From assembly GCA_965112735.1 (NCBI GenBank), contig OZ218958.1, forward strand, positions 1,860,001 to 1,924,000: a stretch of 64,000 nt of DNA, read 5' to 3'. The stretch is from Phaeosaccion multiseriatum (taxonomy: Eukaryota > Protista > Ochrophyta, other classes). Shown here piece by piece: positions 17,601 through 29,514 of this stretch. The notes beneath the pieces were generated by a model. The model saw nothing but the letters and a program-made list of their open reading frames with translations. It was not told where the DNA came from and ran no database searches. Positions within the stretch are counted from its first letter, which is position 1. Each line of letters begins with the position of its first letter. A program made the position numbers and the translations under genes.

Positions 17601-18306
17601 GGAGGAGGAGGAGGAGGAGGAGGAGGAGGAGGAGGAGGAGGAGGAGGAGGAGGAGGAGAAGGAGGAGGAGGGGTGTGAAGCTGGAACTGTGCCTTACCTG
17701 CACTGGGAGGCCAAGGTGCAGCCCTCGAACGCTCCGCCCGGCACGGCGCTGAGTGAAGGAGACGAGAAGCGTTCCATCCGCGAGGAGAGAGAGGTCCGTG
17801 GGCTCCTCGTCCAGCAGCGGGGACGGCAGAGAGAGAGCGGTGCGCGGGACGAGGCCTTGTCTCTGCATTCCGGAGCAGTCGGGTCGGTTGAGAATAGGCA
17901 GCACGTTAAGAGCGCGCATTGGCATGCAAGGGGGAGGAGGGGTCTAGGGCGTGCGTGCGCACAGGCACACACACACGCGCGTGCAAACACACACATGCGC
18001 GCGCGCACACACACGCACACACACACACGCACCCATACACACACATGGCACATCCACACACGCACGCCCCCCCACACACACTCGCATGCACACACACACC
18101 ATCTGCCGCAAAGACACCTCTTGACCCATGCAATAAGCCTCTGTGGACGCCCCTGCCTCACTCAAATCCCCCTCTTCGCCCCTACGTCTCTCACCTCTCG
18201 GGGTGGAATCAGCAAAGGGCCGTCGCGTTCGTCGTCCGACCAAAGGCTGTCTGTGCCGTCATCCTGGCTCTCGATACTCCTGCCTGCAGCGTCGCCATCT
18301 TCTCTT

Positions 18307-18339
<33 letters not shown>

Positions 18340-19926
18340 ATCGCCAACTGCTGCTTCTTCTGCCGCATCACCAACCGCTGTTGCTCCAGATGTCTCGCGA
18401 GGGCCCCGTCCAGCAGTTCCGACACACTCGCTCCGCTGAGGAAGCGAACGTCAAACCCAACCGCAAACCTCTCCGATTGGCCGCCTCCGCTGTTCTCTGG
18501 TCTGGCAGCTGCTGATGCTGCTGTCCCTCCTCGTGGCTTGTCTCGCTGTCCTTTTCCCTCACCTGCTTTGACTCGGTCCTGCCCCTGACGACGGCTCCTC
18601 TTGGCTTTGGCTTTGTGCACTGGCACGAGCGGCGGCCTCTCTCTGCATTCTAAAAAGTAAACGTTCAGATCATCGCTTACAACGAAACCTCTCGGGCTGC
18701 AAAGGGCAGGGGAGGGAGGGAAGGTGTACAACGATCCGAGTGGAGCAAGGCCCAGGGGGGGATGAGACGGCCCACAACAACAGAGAAGAGCGAATGAATG
18801 CAGACATCAAGCAAGCAATTAGCCAAGGGCCGGTGTACGGAACGCGTTTGTTTGGACGTCAACCTTTCCATCACGCACCTCTGCAGCTCCTCTGCGACGA
18901 CGACAAAGTCGTTCCTGTCCCACACCCAAAAGCACAGCCTCCCACCGCCCGGTCTCTGGGTGGTGGTGATGGTGCTGTCTGTGCCGTTGTCCTCATTGTT
19001 CTCCCCACCCCCCGCTGCGCCTCTTGCATTGAGTCTCTCGAAGGCGGTGTGGGCCTCTCCTCGCGCTGCGCCCTCTTCAAGGAAGAAGAAGCCTCCATGC
19101 TCTCTCCCCTGTGTCACAACGACCTTCGAGGGTCGGTCCAGGCCCGAAAGCAGCAACTCGACACGGCATTTGCCTTTGCCCCCGTCACCTTCGTTGCCTT
19201 TGGCATCATCTTTGTCGTCCTTTTCCACATTGTCCTCCCCTCCTTGATCACCTCTGCGTCTGTAGCGCCTGTGCAAGGGGAAGGTTACTGCCTCCCCTGC
19301 GAAGCCGTCTCTTTCGCCTTCAGAGGCGGGCTTGGAAGGCTTTGAGCTGTCGCCCACCTCCGGCCGCTGAAGCCCCGACGCTATGCTCTTACGACCTGAC
19401 GCGACGAAAGTGCAGACAGGAGTGTGCAGCTAAGTAGCGGAGAAAATGAGGCACCTCCTCCCCCCCTAAGTTATGTGTCACGGAGACGTGAGTGAGCGAG
19501 CATCGAGATGGCAGGGACATCTGCTTGCCGAACCGCAGTAGAGTAGCAGCGCCATTGGAAATATGTTTGCCTCAGCAGCATCTTACGTACTCACATACTG
19601 GAATCGTGGCGTAGCCCAGGGTCCCTCTCTCCTTATCGCACCAAACAAAGAAGCGTTGCTTGGTGTCTTCCCCTCTCCATATCGGCGCGGCGGCAACGCT
19701 GCTGAAGGTGCATGGAGACAAGAGAGTGTCCACTACACGTCCCTTATCAATGGTGAGGTGGGCCCGGAGCAGGCTCTGCGGTGGGCCAAAGGATCATCAA
19801 GCGCAAGAGATAATCCGCAAGAGGAGGGGAGAAGAGGGGAGGCAAGAACACTTCTGTCAGTCTCCGTGAAGGAAGGCGGGAACTCCCTTTAAGCAAGGCA
19901 CGCACCTCTTCCCTTTCGCGATCCAT
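10098..19926 (-). CDS. Kinesin with central kinesin-5/BimC-like motor, N-terminal beta-propeller-like region and low-complexity C-terminus with an EF-hand-like loop (about 13 exons)
   Basis: [30 protein letters not shown] (P-loop), GVIPRAV, MEIYNEQ|[16 protein letters not shown] (switch I), [19 protein letters not shown] (switch II), [28 protein letters not shown]. 5' exons traced by phase: MDREREE|SLLRAHL...[13 protein letters not shown]...|[11 protein letters not shown]. The motor is certain; the 5' extent less so. Confidence 0.8.
14813..15295. repeat. (GAGG)n followed by (ATCA)n-like microsatellites in kinesin intron
   Basis: Directly visible. Confidence 0.95.
17476..17670. repeat. (GGA)n microsatellite in kinesin intron
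   Basis: Directly visible, about 195 bp. Confidence 0.95.
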
Positions 19927-20433
19927 CAACAGGCAGGTCTCCTCCTCCTCCTGCGCTATTGAGGGCAAGGGGTACAAAAGCCTCACGGAGGGAAGAGAGA
20001 CCCAAAAAGGAGAGAAGGCAGGATTTTTCGAAAGTCAACGAATTTTGTAACGCCAAAGCGCACACTGCAAACTAAACTGGCCGTTCGCACCCGAAGCCCC
20101 ATCAAACCTCCTTCCACGGTGTTTGTTTTCTGCCTCCTGATCCAAACCGCAGAGACAAGCAGCAGAAGTGTGAAGCACAGCAGCACCTCCTCCCGCTAAA
20201 GGACCGGAGGAAAGATATTTGTCCCCGTTCCGTCCAACAGCAGCTGACTAGACACCGGGTTGAAACTACGGTAGCAGCGGCGAGTCCACATAAAGAGGGC
20301 GAGAGGAAAGCGCGGAGGCGTCTCCAGCTGGACAGAGTGGTGACTTAAGAGAGTTTTCTAGGGAAGGGGAAGGAGGAGGAGCTGCAGTTTGAGGGATTTG
20401 GGGCTGCAGTAGGGGCAGTGCAGGCTGGCAACA

Positions 20434-20996
20434 ATGGCGCAAAAGAATGAGAGAATATTTGCGGAGGACATGAACGATGAGATGTGCACCTTTGCTCTGG
20501 AGACGGCGCGGGAGGCGTTCCAGCTCACCATCAGCAAAGGACAGGTGCGTGGGGAGGAAAGGGGATGCAATGGATAAGACAGCCGCGACCTGATGGGAGA
20601 GTGCTATAGTCACACTAATTGCTCACGGCATTCACTGCTCACGGAGGGCAAAGGTGACCGTCAGAAGCGTAAGAACCGCTCCTTTTTATCCTCGGGCACG
20701 GGCATTTGCTCGTATCCTTCCGCAAGTCACGGGCTCGTATCCTTCCGCTATTCTCCTTGTCAGTCGGGAAGGTCACCTCTCAAGCTCTGCCCATGTCACC
20801 CCATGTCTTCCCCCCGGCTCTCCAGGTTTTCACAACACTAGCATCATACATTCGAAAGACGTTCGAAAAGTCGCACGGTCGGGGCTGGAATGTGGTGGTG
20901 GGCAGGTCGTTCGGAGCATACGTGACCCACGAGATCAAAACCTACATGTACTTCACCGTCGTGCCAGGCACCTACGTTCTCTTATGGAAGGCATGA
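20434..20996 (+). CDS. Dynein light chain, LC8/type-1 family (93 aa; exons 20434-20544 and 20826-20996)
   Basis: MAQKNERIFAEDMNDEMCTFALETAREAF...|VFTTLASYIRKTFEKSHGRGWNVVVGRSFGAYVTHE...YMYF...LLWKA matches the LC8 pattern (W.cvVG.sFg.yVTHE). Clean phase-0 intron. Confidence 0.9.
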
Positions 20997-21546
20997 GGCG
21001 GCTAATCGGCACCACAGAGAGATGGAGAGAGAGAGAGAGACGTGGTCTGTTACGGAACGCACGAAGCATCTCTTCGGTAGCATATGCTGTGGGTACAACA
21101 CCCGACCCGCTCTCCCTCTCCCTTGCGGAAGGGAGGTAGGCGTCATGGGCACAGCTACATGGTAGCAATAGTATACACCCAACCCCCCCCCACTCTCTCT
21201 CTCTCTCAAATAGCTCATAGAAGCGCTCCAGAACAGAGATGCAACCATGCTTTTGATGTTGAATATAGTCCAAACTATATAGCGGTTTGTTAATCATAGT
21301 AAGTCGACGCAAGCGATTCAGTCGCCGCCATGTCTTGTTCTCTGTGGCAGTAAGGGGGCATGCGACTCTTGGCAGCGGAGCATGAGGTGGGCGGAGCTTC
21401 TTACGACTCACTCACCACACATGTTCCTCCAAGAAGGGCGAGTGTTGATACACATTCATTCTTCTATGGCCACATTCTTCCATACGACCCTTCGTCAATC
21501 GTACCCTCCCTCCCCACACCTTCCTTCCCCTCCTCCTCTTCTTCAT

Positions 21547-24500
21547 CTATTCGTCATCCTCATCGTCCTCGTCATCTGAGTCGTCATCATCATCATCATC
21601 GTCGTCGTCGTCATCGTCTCTGTCTTCCGGGTCCTTCTCCGTGGCATCAACCGACAGCTCCTCTCCGTACAGCTCAATCTCTTCTGCCTTGGCCATCTTT
21701 CTGGCCTGCTCACACAGAGAAGCGTGGGTGGTGGTGGTGCGTGGTGCGTGCGTACGTGCGTGCGTGCGGTTGCGGCCCAGCGACGAGAGAGGGAGGCGGA
21801 GAAGTGGATAAACATCGTCAGAAGCGTGTGGTGTTGCGAGTGACGGGCAAAGACAAGAGACAAGCATTCCACCCCACCCTTGAGTGTTCACCCCGCCGGG
21901 TGTGATGGGTTGGAAGGACGAACGAAAGGTAGAGCTGCTTTGGATACCGCGGCGGCTCTAAACACTAGAGCAAAGACAAGGACAAGACGTGGCTGCCTTG
22001 GATACCCTACGATCTCACTCACCGCTTTTATGATCGTAGTGAGGGTGGTGAAGAACAGGCCCAAGCTCGCCGCTAGCACCGCAATCAGAAAGCCGGCCTC
22101 GAATTTCTCTACCGTTCCCTCCCTGAGACGGAAAAGACAAAAGAGGCAAGAGAGGGACGGGATGACGGGATGGCAGCAAATGGATGGGGTGGTGGTGAGG
22201 CGCACGGACGAGACGAGGGCGAGGCTTTGTGCGTGTGATGGGGGAGGAGACTTTGAGGCGTTGGGCCTTTCTACTCAGCCCCTGAGACACATGACAAGAA
22301 ACAAAAGACACGCGTGTCATACCAACCACCCCCCTCAAAAGAGGCGTTTGATTCAGGCCCTCCATTTACCCTCCATGTCTGGAGCACGTATGCAAACCCC
22401 CATCAAACGGAGGCCACGCCAGCGCCCATCTCAACACACACGCACTCACACACACACGCATACACACACACACGTCTAAATACACACACACACGCACGAC
22501 GTACACTGCGGTCCTGGACTGTGCGATGAGCTCCCATCGCATTGCATCGTCCAACACGTCCGTCCTTGTCATCTTCTCGCTGAAGAGGCGACTGTAAGGC
22601 AGGGTAGGGCACGGCAGGGCAGGGAAGGGCACGGCAGAGAGGGAGGGAGGGAGGGAAGGAGGGAGGGAGAGAGATGAGAAACAGACAGAGAGGGGGAGGG
22701 GAGAGAGGGGGGCGGGGAGAGAGCAAAAGGGAGAGAAAGACAGAGAGACGCACACACAGAGAGAGAGAGAGCGGGAAAGAGAGCGGGGAAGAGAGCGGCG
22801 AGAGGGAGAGAGAGAGAGCGAAGAGGTGAAGACTAACGTCCTAGAGAGAGCGAGCGAAGACATGACTCACTTTCTATTTAGGTACTTGTCGTCCCCTGGA
22901 AGGCGGTACTTATCCATATCGATATCGGGGTCCTGCACCACCCCATGCAGCTGCTCTCGGATGTACCACTGCCGACCGGGCAGAGTGTCTTCCAGGCCAG
23001 ACTGGAAGCAAACAACAACACAGCGAAGGGAAGGGAGGGGGAGAGACAAAGTGAGTCCATCAGTCAGTAGAGAGATATGGTCAAAACACAGACAGACCAT
23101 CAGCTGCTCAGTACGTCCTTGACTCGACGGCATCACCAGCATTCCAGCTACCAAACCGCCCCCTCACTGCTCGAACGCGCCGAACGCGCTCCGACGGTTC
23201 CGTCACGACTGGGGTTCGGTTCGGTGTAACGGAGGGACGCACGAACCTGCGGAGGAGGGAAGTTCTGCCCCCACTTGTACTTTCCCTTGGCGCGGGGGAG
23301 GGCACACTTCTCCACCTGCTTCGTCTCCCATGTACGGATCTGTTTGGAGAGCAGCAAATGTTGGGTGGGGAGGGGGAGGAGAGGGAAGGGAGGGTTTGAG
23401 TTGCGTGTGCGAGGGTCGCCCGACCAAAAGGGGCAGCCCCCTCCGCATTCGATTTGACTGATTGGTTTGAATGTAGCCACCACAAAGAAAAAGTTTCCGC
23501 TGTTCCGACATGCGGTATACACACATACGCCTACCTTTTGCAAACCGTTCTCGATGGTGTCCCAGGCGTACATATGCGGGGGGAGGTGAAACTCCGCAAT
23601 GCCCGCGTCCTTGTCCGCGAGCAGCGTTTCCTCTTCCGTCTTGACGTACTTGGCCCTATTCTCTCTCCGAGTGTCCTTTTTCCTCTCCTCCCTCGACATT
23701 CTAAAGATCTTTGGGACCGTGAACTTCATGCTGGGCATGGTGGGTGCTACTATGGCACATGCCTCTGGAGGAGACCCGATGCGAAGACCAGTGGGGCCGA
23801 CCAAGTGGATGTTGGTGGTCAGGATGAGCGTCGCCAGCACAACTGCCAAGATTCTCTTGGCTTCTCGCTTTCGCGATGCTGTCCACTGGCGCAAGGCTAT
23901 AGCGACGGATGGACGGCGAAGGAGGGAGGGAGAGAGCGAGGGAGGGAGGGAGGGAGGGAGGGAGGGAGGGAGGGAGGGAGGGAGGGAGGGAGGGAGGGAA
24001 GGGGGGAGGGAGGGGGGAAAGGAGGGAGGGAGGGAGGAAGGAAGGGACGGAGGGAGGGAGGGAGGGAGGGAGGGAGGAAGGGGGGGAGGAAGGGGGGGAG
24101 GGAGGGAGGGAGGGAGGGAGGGAGAGAGGGAGGGAGGGAGAGAGGGAGAGAGGGAGAGAGGGAGGGACGGAGGGACGGAGGGAGGAGGGGAGGCAGGCAG
24201 GCAGGCAGGGAGGGAGGGAGGGAGGGAGGGAGAGGGTACAAAGAGCGGCAGAGGGGGGACGAAACATGACACATGAGGTACATGCGAGGAAGGCTGGCCA
24301 TAGAGACACACCACGCCAACGGCGCTGTACTTGGACCATGAATATACAGGCAAGAGCAATGCGGGCAAAGGCCTGTCGAAGAGTTCCTGCTCTGCTTCAG
24401 GGCCAGTGTTCTTTCTTACCTCGAGCCAAGTGGCGCAAAGACCTCACCCCTGGTCCTTGTCTGCATTCCCCCACCCAATGCCGAACACCCGCTCCATTAC

Positions 24501-24879
24501 CGTACAGTCCCGTTGTCACTATACCACCCACGTGAAGCATGCTCATGCTTCCCCTCCCACCGCTATGCCGCCTGCCCCTGCTGCTGCTGCTGCTGCTGCT
24601 ACCCCAGCGTGATGGCCCTAACCCAACCACCCCACATGACTTGGTCAAGCACCGCACTGACGAGGACTGTGACACACCCGTCCCTGCTGCTGCTCCGGCT
24701 GCTGCCTCTGCTATCCGTGACCCTGTTCCCGATCCCGCTACTGCTGCTCCTCCTCCTGCTCCCCTCCCTGGCACTGGCAGCGCCGAGGACGAAAATGCAT
24801 GAATCGGGCGGCTGTGCCCGAGCAGGCCGATCACACTACAGGCTGCCGTGGCCACCGAGCCTGACACTGCGAGCCTCAT
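21547..24879 (-). CDS. Hypothetical protein with putative bipartite plastid-targeting leader, C-terminal TM helix and acidic tail (7 or more exons)
   Basis: N-terminus MRLAVSGSVATAACSVIGLLGHSRPIHA-FSSSALP (signal + Phe). Phase-compatible exons ...NGLQK|IRTWETKQ...PPQ|SGLEDTLPG...|RLFSEKMTR...|EGTVEKFEAGFLIAVLAASLGLFFTTL; last exon KAEEIELYGEELSVDA-poly(D). Confidence 0.6.
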
Positions 24880-25049
24880 CACGGGCAATGCTCGAGGGCA
24901 CCAGCACCTCTGCTGTTGCGGCTGCTGTAAGCAAGCAAGGTGTCCAAAGGAAGGAAGGGATGGAGGAGAATGACCTCATCCTCCAAATTCATTACGTAAG
25001 CTTCTGAAACCTTCCATCTAAATCTTCCTTCTCTCGCTCCTTGTGCTCC

Positions 25050-26534
25050 ATGAAGGGGGCAATGTTTGAAGGGATGGTAGTGGTGGTGTCTCCTGTCGGC
25101 CTGACCCAAAAACGCGTAGACATCTTCTCGAAGCGGCTGGTGGAGAACGGGGCGAGCATCAAGGCCATGCCGGCCAAGTTAACGCAAAAGATCCCGGCAA
25201 TGTTTTTGAAGGGGAAGGATAAGAAGAGACAGAGGGAGGAGGGCACGGTTGGGCACGCATTAGAAGGGGTGACGCACGCCTTCTGCGAGCCAAAGGACTT
25301 TAATTTGTCAAAATTGCTGAAGGACCTGGGCATTCCCCTGCCATCGGCATCGGCGCCGGAAGAGGAGCAAGCGAGGCATGTGCGGGGAGTGTTGGGGGAG
25401 GTGAAGCTGGTCTCGACCCAGTGGCTCAGTGACTGCTTGTTGCAGAAGAAAAGGCTTCCTCTGGAGGGCCTTGAAGGATGCGGTGGAAAGGGAGACGATG
25501 GAGGAGCCAAAGAACAAGGTGGGTTGGAGGGGGGGGGGGGCTATGGAGCCATGTGGACAGACGTGCACGTTGGTGCTTTCTTGTTTTGTTTTTACTAACT
25601 CCTCCTGCTTTCGGTACAGGCGGCGGTCCTTCCTATCTGCTCAGTGCGGCGTGGTCTTGTGCCCCCCCCAAGAACAAGAAGCAAAAGATATCACCATCAC
25701 CAGCATCAGCAGCAGCAGGAGCAGGAGAAGGAGCAACCGAGAAGAAGAGTGGCGGCAGAGACGGACGTGTTGCGGATGCAGAGGGTCATGGGGCAGGGGG
25801 TGGGCTCGGGCTCTTTTTGCGCAATAGCAGCAGTGGTGGACGGGGCGCCGAAATTGTCTTTCAAGACGTGGAGAGCAACGGAGGCTGGGACCAGCCAGTA
25901 GGGGACAGAGGATATGTGCACAGGTTCTTGTCCGTGAGTAGACGCTTTTCTTCCGCGGTGGCCGCTTTTGACATGGATTGTACCGTCATTCGAACCAAGA
26001 GGTGAGTGGGTGGGTGAGTGAGTGCGCCCTACGGGGGGGGGGGGGTGTAGCGTCGGAACAGACAAGAAAGGGCGGAGGAGGGGGAAGTTATACATTTGGT
26101 GGGGCCAGGATACGAAGGCGGTCGTCAACGCCGCTCAAGTCATCTTGGGTTGACCTCGGAGAACCAGACACGCTATTGAACTACGGGGGGGATGGCCGGC
26201 ATGCTATCGCAAATAGCAGCTCAATAGCCCGTAAAGGGTCAGGTGCCTCTCCCCCTCTTCCCCGCAAACCCATGGCGTTTCATCCCTGTTCCCTACGATA
26301 CTCTGTAACTACTCCGCAGTGGGGCAAAGTTCCCTCGTGACAAGTATGACTGGAAGCTCTTTGACCCTTCCGTGCCGGCCAAGCTCAAAACCCTGTACGA
26401 CAAGGGGTATCGCATCGTGCTCGTGTCCAATCAGGTGAGTGGCAGTGCGCGCCGATGAATGGGAGAGGGTGAGAGAGGAGAGAATGAGAGGTCATGAGCC
26501 CGCTGACACAACTACAACAGCAACAACAGCAACT

Positions 26535-26573
<39 letters not shown>

Positions 26574-28529
26574 CCCCTCCTTCCCCCCCCCCCCCCCCAC
26601 ACACACACACACACGTCGGTCCCGTCGGTCGGCACAGGGCGGCATTGGCAAGGGCAAGCTACAAGCCAAAGAGATTCAGGACAAGGTGGAGGACGTCATT
26701 GCCCGCATCGGTATACCCATGGAGGCCTACCTCTGCTGTGGCGACGACTTGTATCGCAAGCCCCGCCCGGGCATATGGGACTTGCTCAAACTTGAGGCCC
26801 CACTGCTGCGGCAGGGGGAGGGGCAGAGGCAGGGGGAAGGCAATGAGGTAGGGGGGGGGGCGAAGGAGGAGGCTGAGGAGGAGGGCGGCGAGGGCAAAGA
26901 TGCTGCTGTATCACCAACTGTTGCTGCTACTGCTGCGGGTGGTGCTGCTACCCTGCTCCTACCGGAGCCCCCCAGCGCCAGTCTCTTTGTGGGCGACGCG
27001 GCGGGGAGGCCCAAGAGGGGCAGCACGTGGAAGAAAGACTTTAGCGCTGGTGACCTGAAACTGGCACTCAACCTGGGCATGCAGTTTCAGACCCCGGAAC
27101 AGGTGGGTGTACTCGTAGCGCACGGAAAGGGAGGGCGAGGGGCGGGTGGTCCGGGGAAAGATGGCCTCTCCTCTGCCCAATACGATTTTCGTGGTTCTGC
27201 CCTTCCCTCGCACCTCCTTTATCACGTGCCATCTCTCCAGTGTGTACATCTTGGCCTCTCTTTGCTCTCACCCGACATCATGTGTGTGTGTGTGTGTGTG
27301 TGACAACACAACCAAAACAGTTCTTTCTGGACAGCAGTGCTCCTCTCCACTGCAGCAGAGCCGATGCCCTCCTGGGATTCAATCCCGCCACACTGAGGAA
27401 CGCCGCCAGGGAAGAGGATGCAGCGTCATCATCCTCTCCCGCTGGGTCGGCCCCAGGGGTGGATGATGCCCAAGAAGTGCTGGTGCTGGTGGGTTCTCCG
27501 GCGGCGGGCAAGTCTTCGCTGTGTGCGTCGCGCTTCCCTCGGCATACACGTGTCAATCAGGTGGGTGGATGGGTGAAGGGGGAGGGGAGGGGGGGGGGGG
27601 GAGGGGCAGCAGGAGGGAGGGGGAGGGCATTTGTTGGGTGGTTATGCTGATTGTGATGTGATATTCGCCCCTTGCCCCACATGAGATGCCAATATCGTGT
27701 GTACCTTTCCCCTCATCCCCCTCCCCCCCTCCTCGCCTTCCTCGTTTGGGACTCTCGCTGCAACCGATCAACTTCTTGGCAACCGCTCGGCAACCGCTCG
27801 GCAACCGCTCGGCAATTGCAATGTCTTGTGTATGTGTGTGTGTTTTCTTGTCTTGGCCTGCCTTGCCGTTATCGTGTAGGATACGCTCAAAACGCGCGAG
27901 AGATGCATGAAGGCCGCCTCTGCAGCGTTGGGGAAGGGCGAGAGCGTCGTCATCGACAGCACCAACAGGGACAAGGTCACCAGGGCACACGTGAGTGAGT
28001 GAGTGGGTGAGTGAGTGAGTGAGTGGGTGAGTGGGTGGGTTGGGTGTGTCTTTTGATATTCATTTTCACCACTCGCGCTTCCCACCCGCACACAAAGGCG
28101 TACTATTATTGTCTACGTCCAATCCGCCCTGCCTACATACAGAGGCTTGTGACTTGTACAACCTCCCTCCAACCGCCCCCGTCCCCTCCCTTCCCCTCCC
28201 TTCCCTTCCCTTCCCCTCTCTGTGGAATGGAAGCACAGTGGGTGCAGCTGGCGCAGGAGAAGGGTGTTCCTGCCCGCTGTGTGCACCTTACAACCTCGTT
28301 GGAGGCCGCCAAGCACTTCAACACGTTCAGGCGCCTCGGGGGAGGAGGGGAGGAGGACAAGCGAGGCGTGCCGGACGTTGTACTCTGCAGTTATTTCAAG
28401 CACCGTGAGGCTCCCAGCACGGAGGAAGGGTTTGAGAGAGTGGAGCAGCTGGAGGTGGTGCCGGGAGCGAATGGGCACGCCTTTTTGGATGCGGAGAAGG
28501 AGCGGCTCTTCTACATGTATCTGAGGTAG
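25050..28529 (+). CDS. PNKP: Bifunctional polynucleotide kinase 3'-phosphatase with N-terminal BRCT-like domain (7 exons)
   Basis: HAD motif AAFDMDCTVIRTK, DWKLF, VLVSNQ|GGI, YRKPRPGIW, FVGDAAGR, DFSAGDLKLALNLG...TPEQ|FFL; kinase P-loop VGSPAAGKS, VNQ|DTL, VVIDSTN; C-terminal EAPSTEEGF. Confidence 0.93.
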
Positions 28530-29514
28530 CGACGTTAGAGTGCGGCTCTTTTCCACTCTCTTGTCTATCTCATAGAGGTAGAGCGAACTAGTGAGCGGCC
28601 CTTTTGCACATTCTTTTTTCTTATCTCAGCGGAGAGTGAGATGGAGAGGAGGTGGAGAGGTCGAGGAGGTAAGAGCATGGTCGTCTCTAGGAGGAGCAGC
28701 AAGAGAAGGTCACATTGAAAGGTACATCGGCTCCATCAAGCAGGAAAGGTGGCAGTGTGAAAGCGCCGTACGGACCTTTCTTGCTTGCTTGGACGGAGGC
28801 CATTCTTCCTTCAATGTGACCCCGTCATGCTGCTCTACTACTTGGGGGGATGATGACCCATCACTTGTTGCCGTCTCAGTTCCAGTAGAGAGCGCGGCTA
28901 CTCTGCATGTACGTGATGTGCATCATATAGGCACGTAGCTAGAGAGGAGGGAGAGAGAGTCTCTTGTTATACGTGTGTCTCAGGCAGAGAGGGGGGGAAA
29001 GGGCCCAATACCTCGACAAGTCAACGAGTCAGTCAGACAGGTCAGTCAGTTGACAAGTGGAGAAAGGGCGAAGGGACATGTCCAGCCGTGCATGGTCATG
29101 GTCAACCAACTGCCTGCTTCTGTTTCAGTTTCAGGTTTTTTAGACCCCTACCCAGAAACTTCGATGTGAACCAATAAAAGCGTGCTCAGGGACTTTCCGC
29201 ACGACTTCCCAGTCGATTGAAGCCCTATAAAAGCGTGTGTGTATATTTCTAACCAGTTCTGAAGCAATCCCGTAGCTCCTCCACATCTGGGATAATACCG
29301 GTAGCGGCACTCCTCTGCTCCGCCCCCTCGGGCGACAAGAGGAGCGTGCTTCACGTCGTGCTCACCGCCGCCGCCCCCCTTCCTACTCCTCCTCCTCCTC
29401 CTCTCGACTCCTCCTCCTCTCGACTCCTCCTCCTCCTCCTCCTCCTCCTCCCATGCCCTCGCTCTCTTGCGTCTTTTCAGTGGGGGCAGTAGGCTCACCC
29501 CGTGCACCTCCAGC

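Noticed and set aside
19563-19892. Independent 109-aa plus-strand gene
   Set aside because: It overlaps a phase-compatible minus-strand 5' exon of the kinesin gene and has no recognisable motif.
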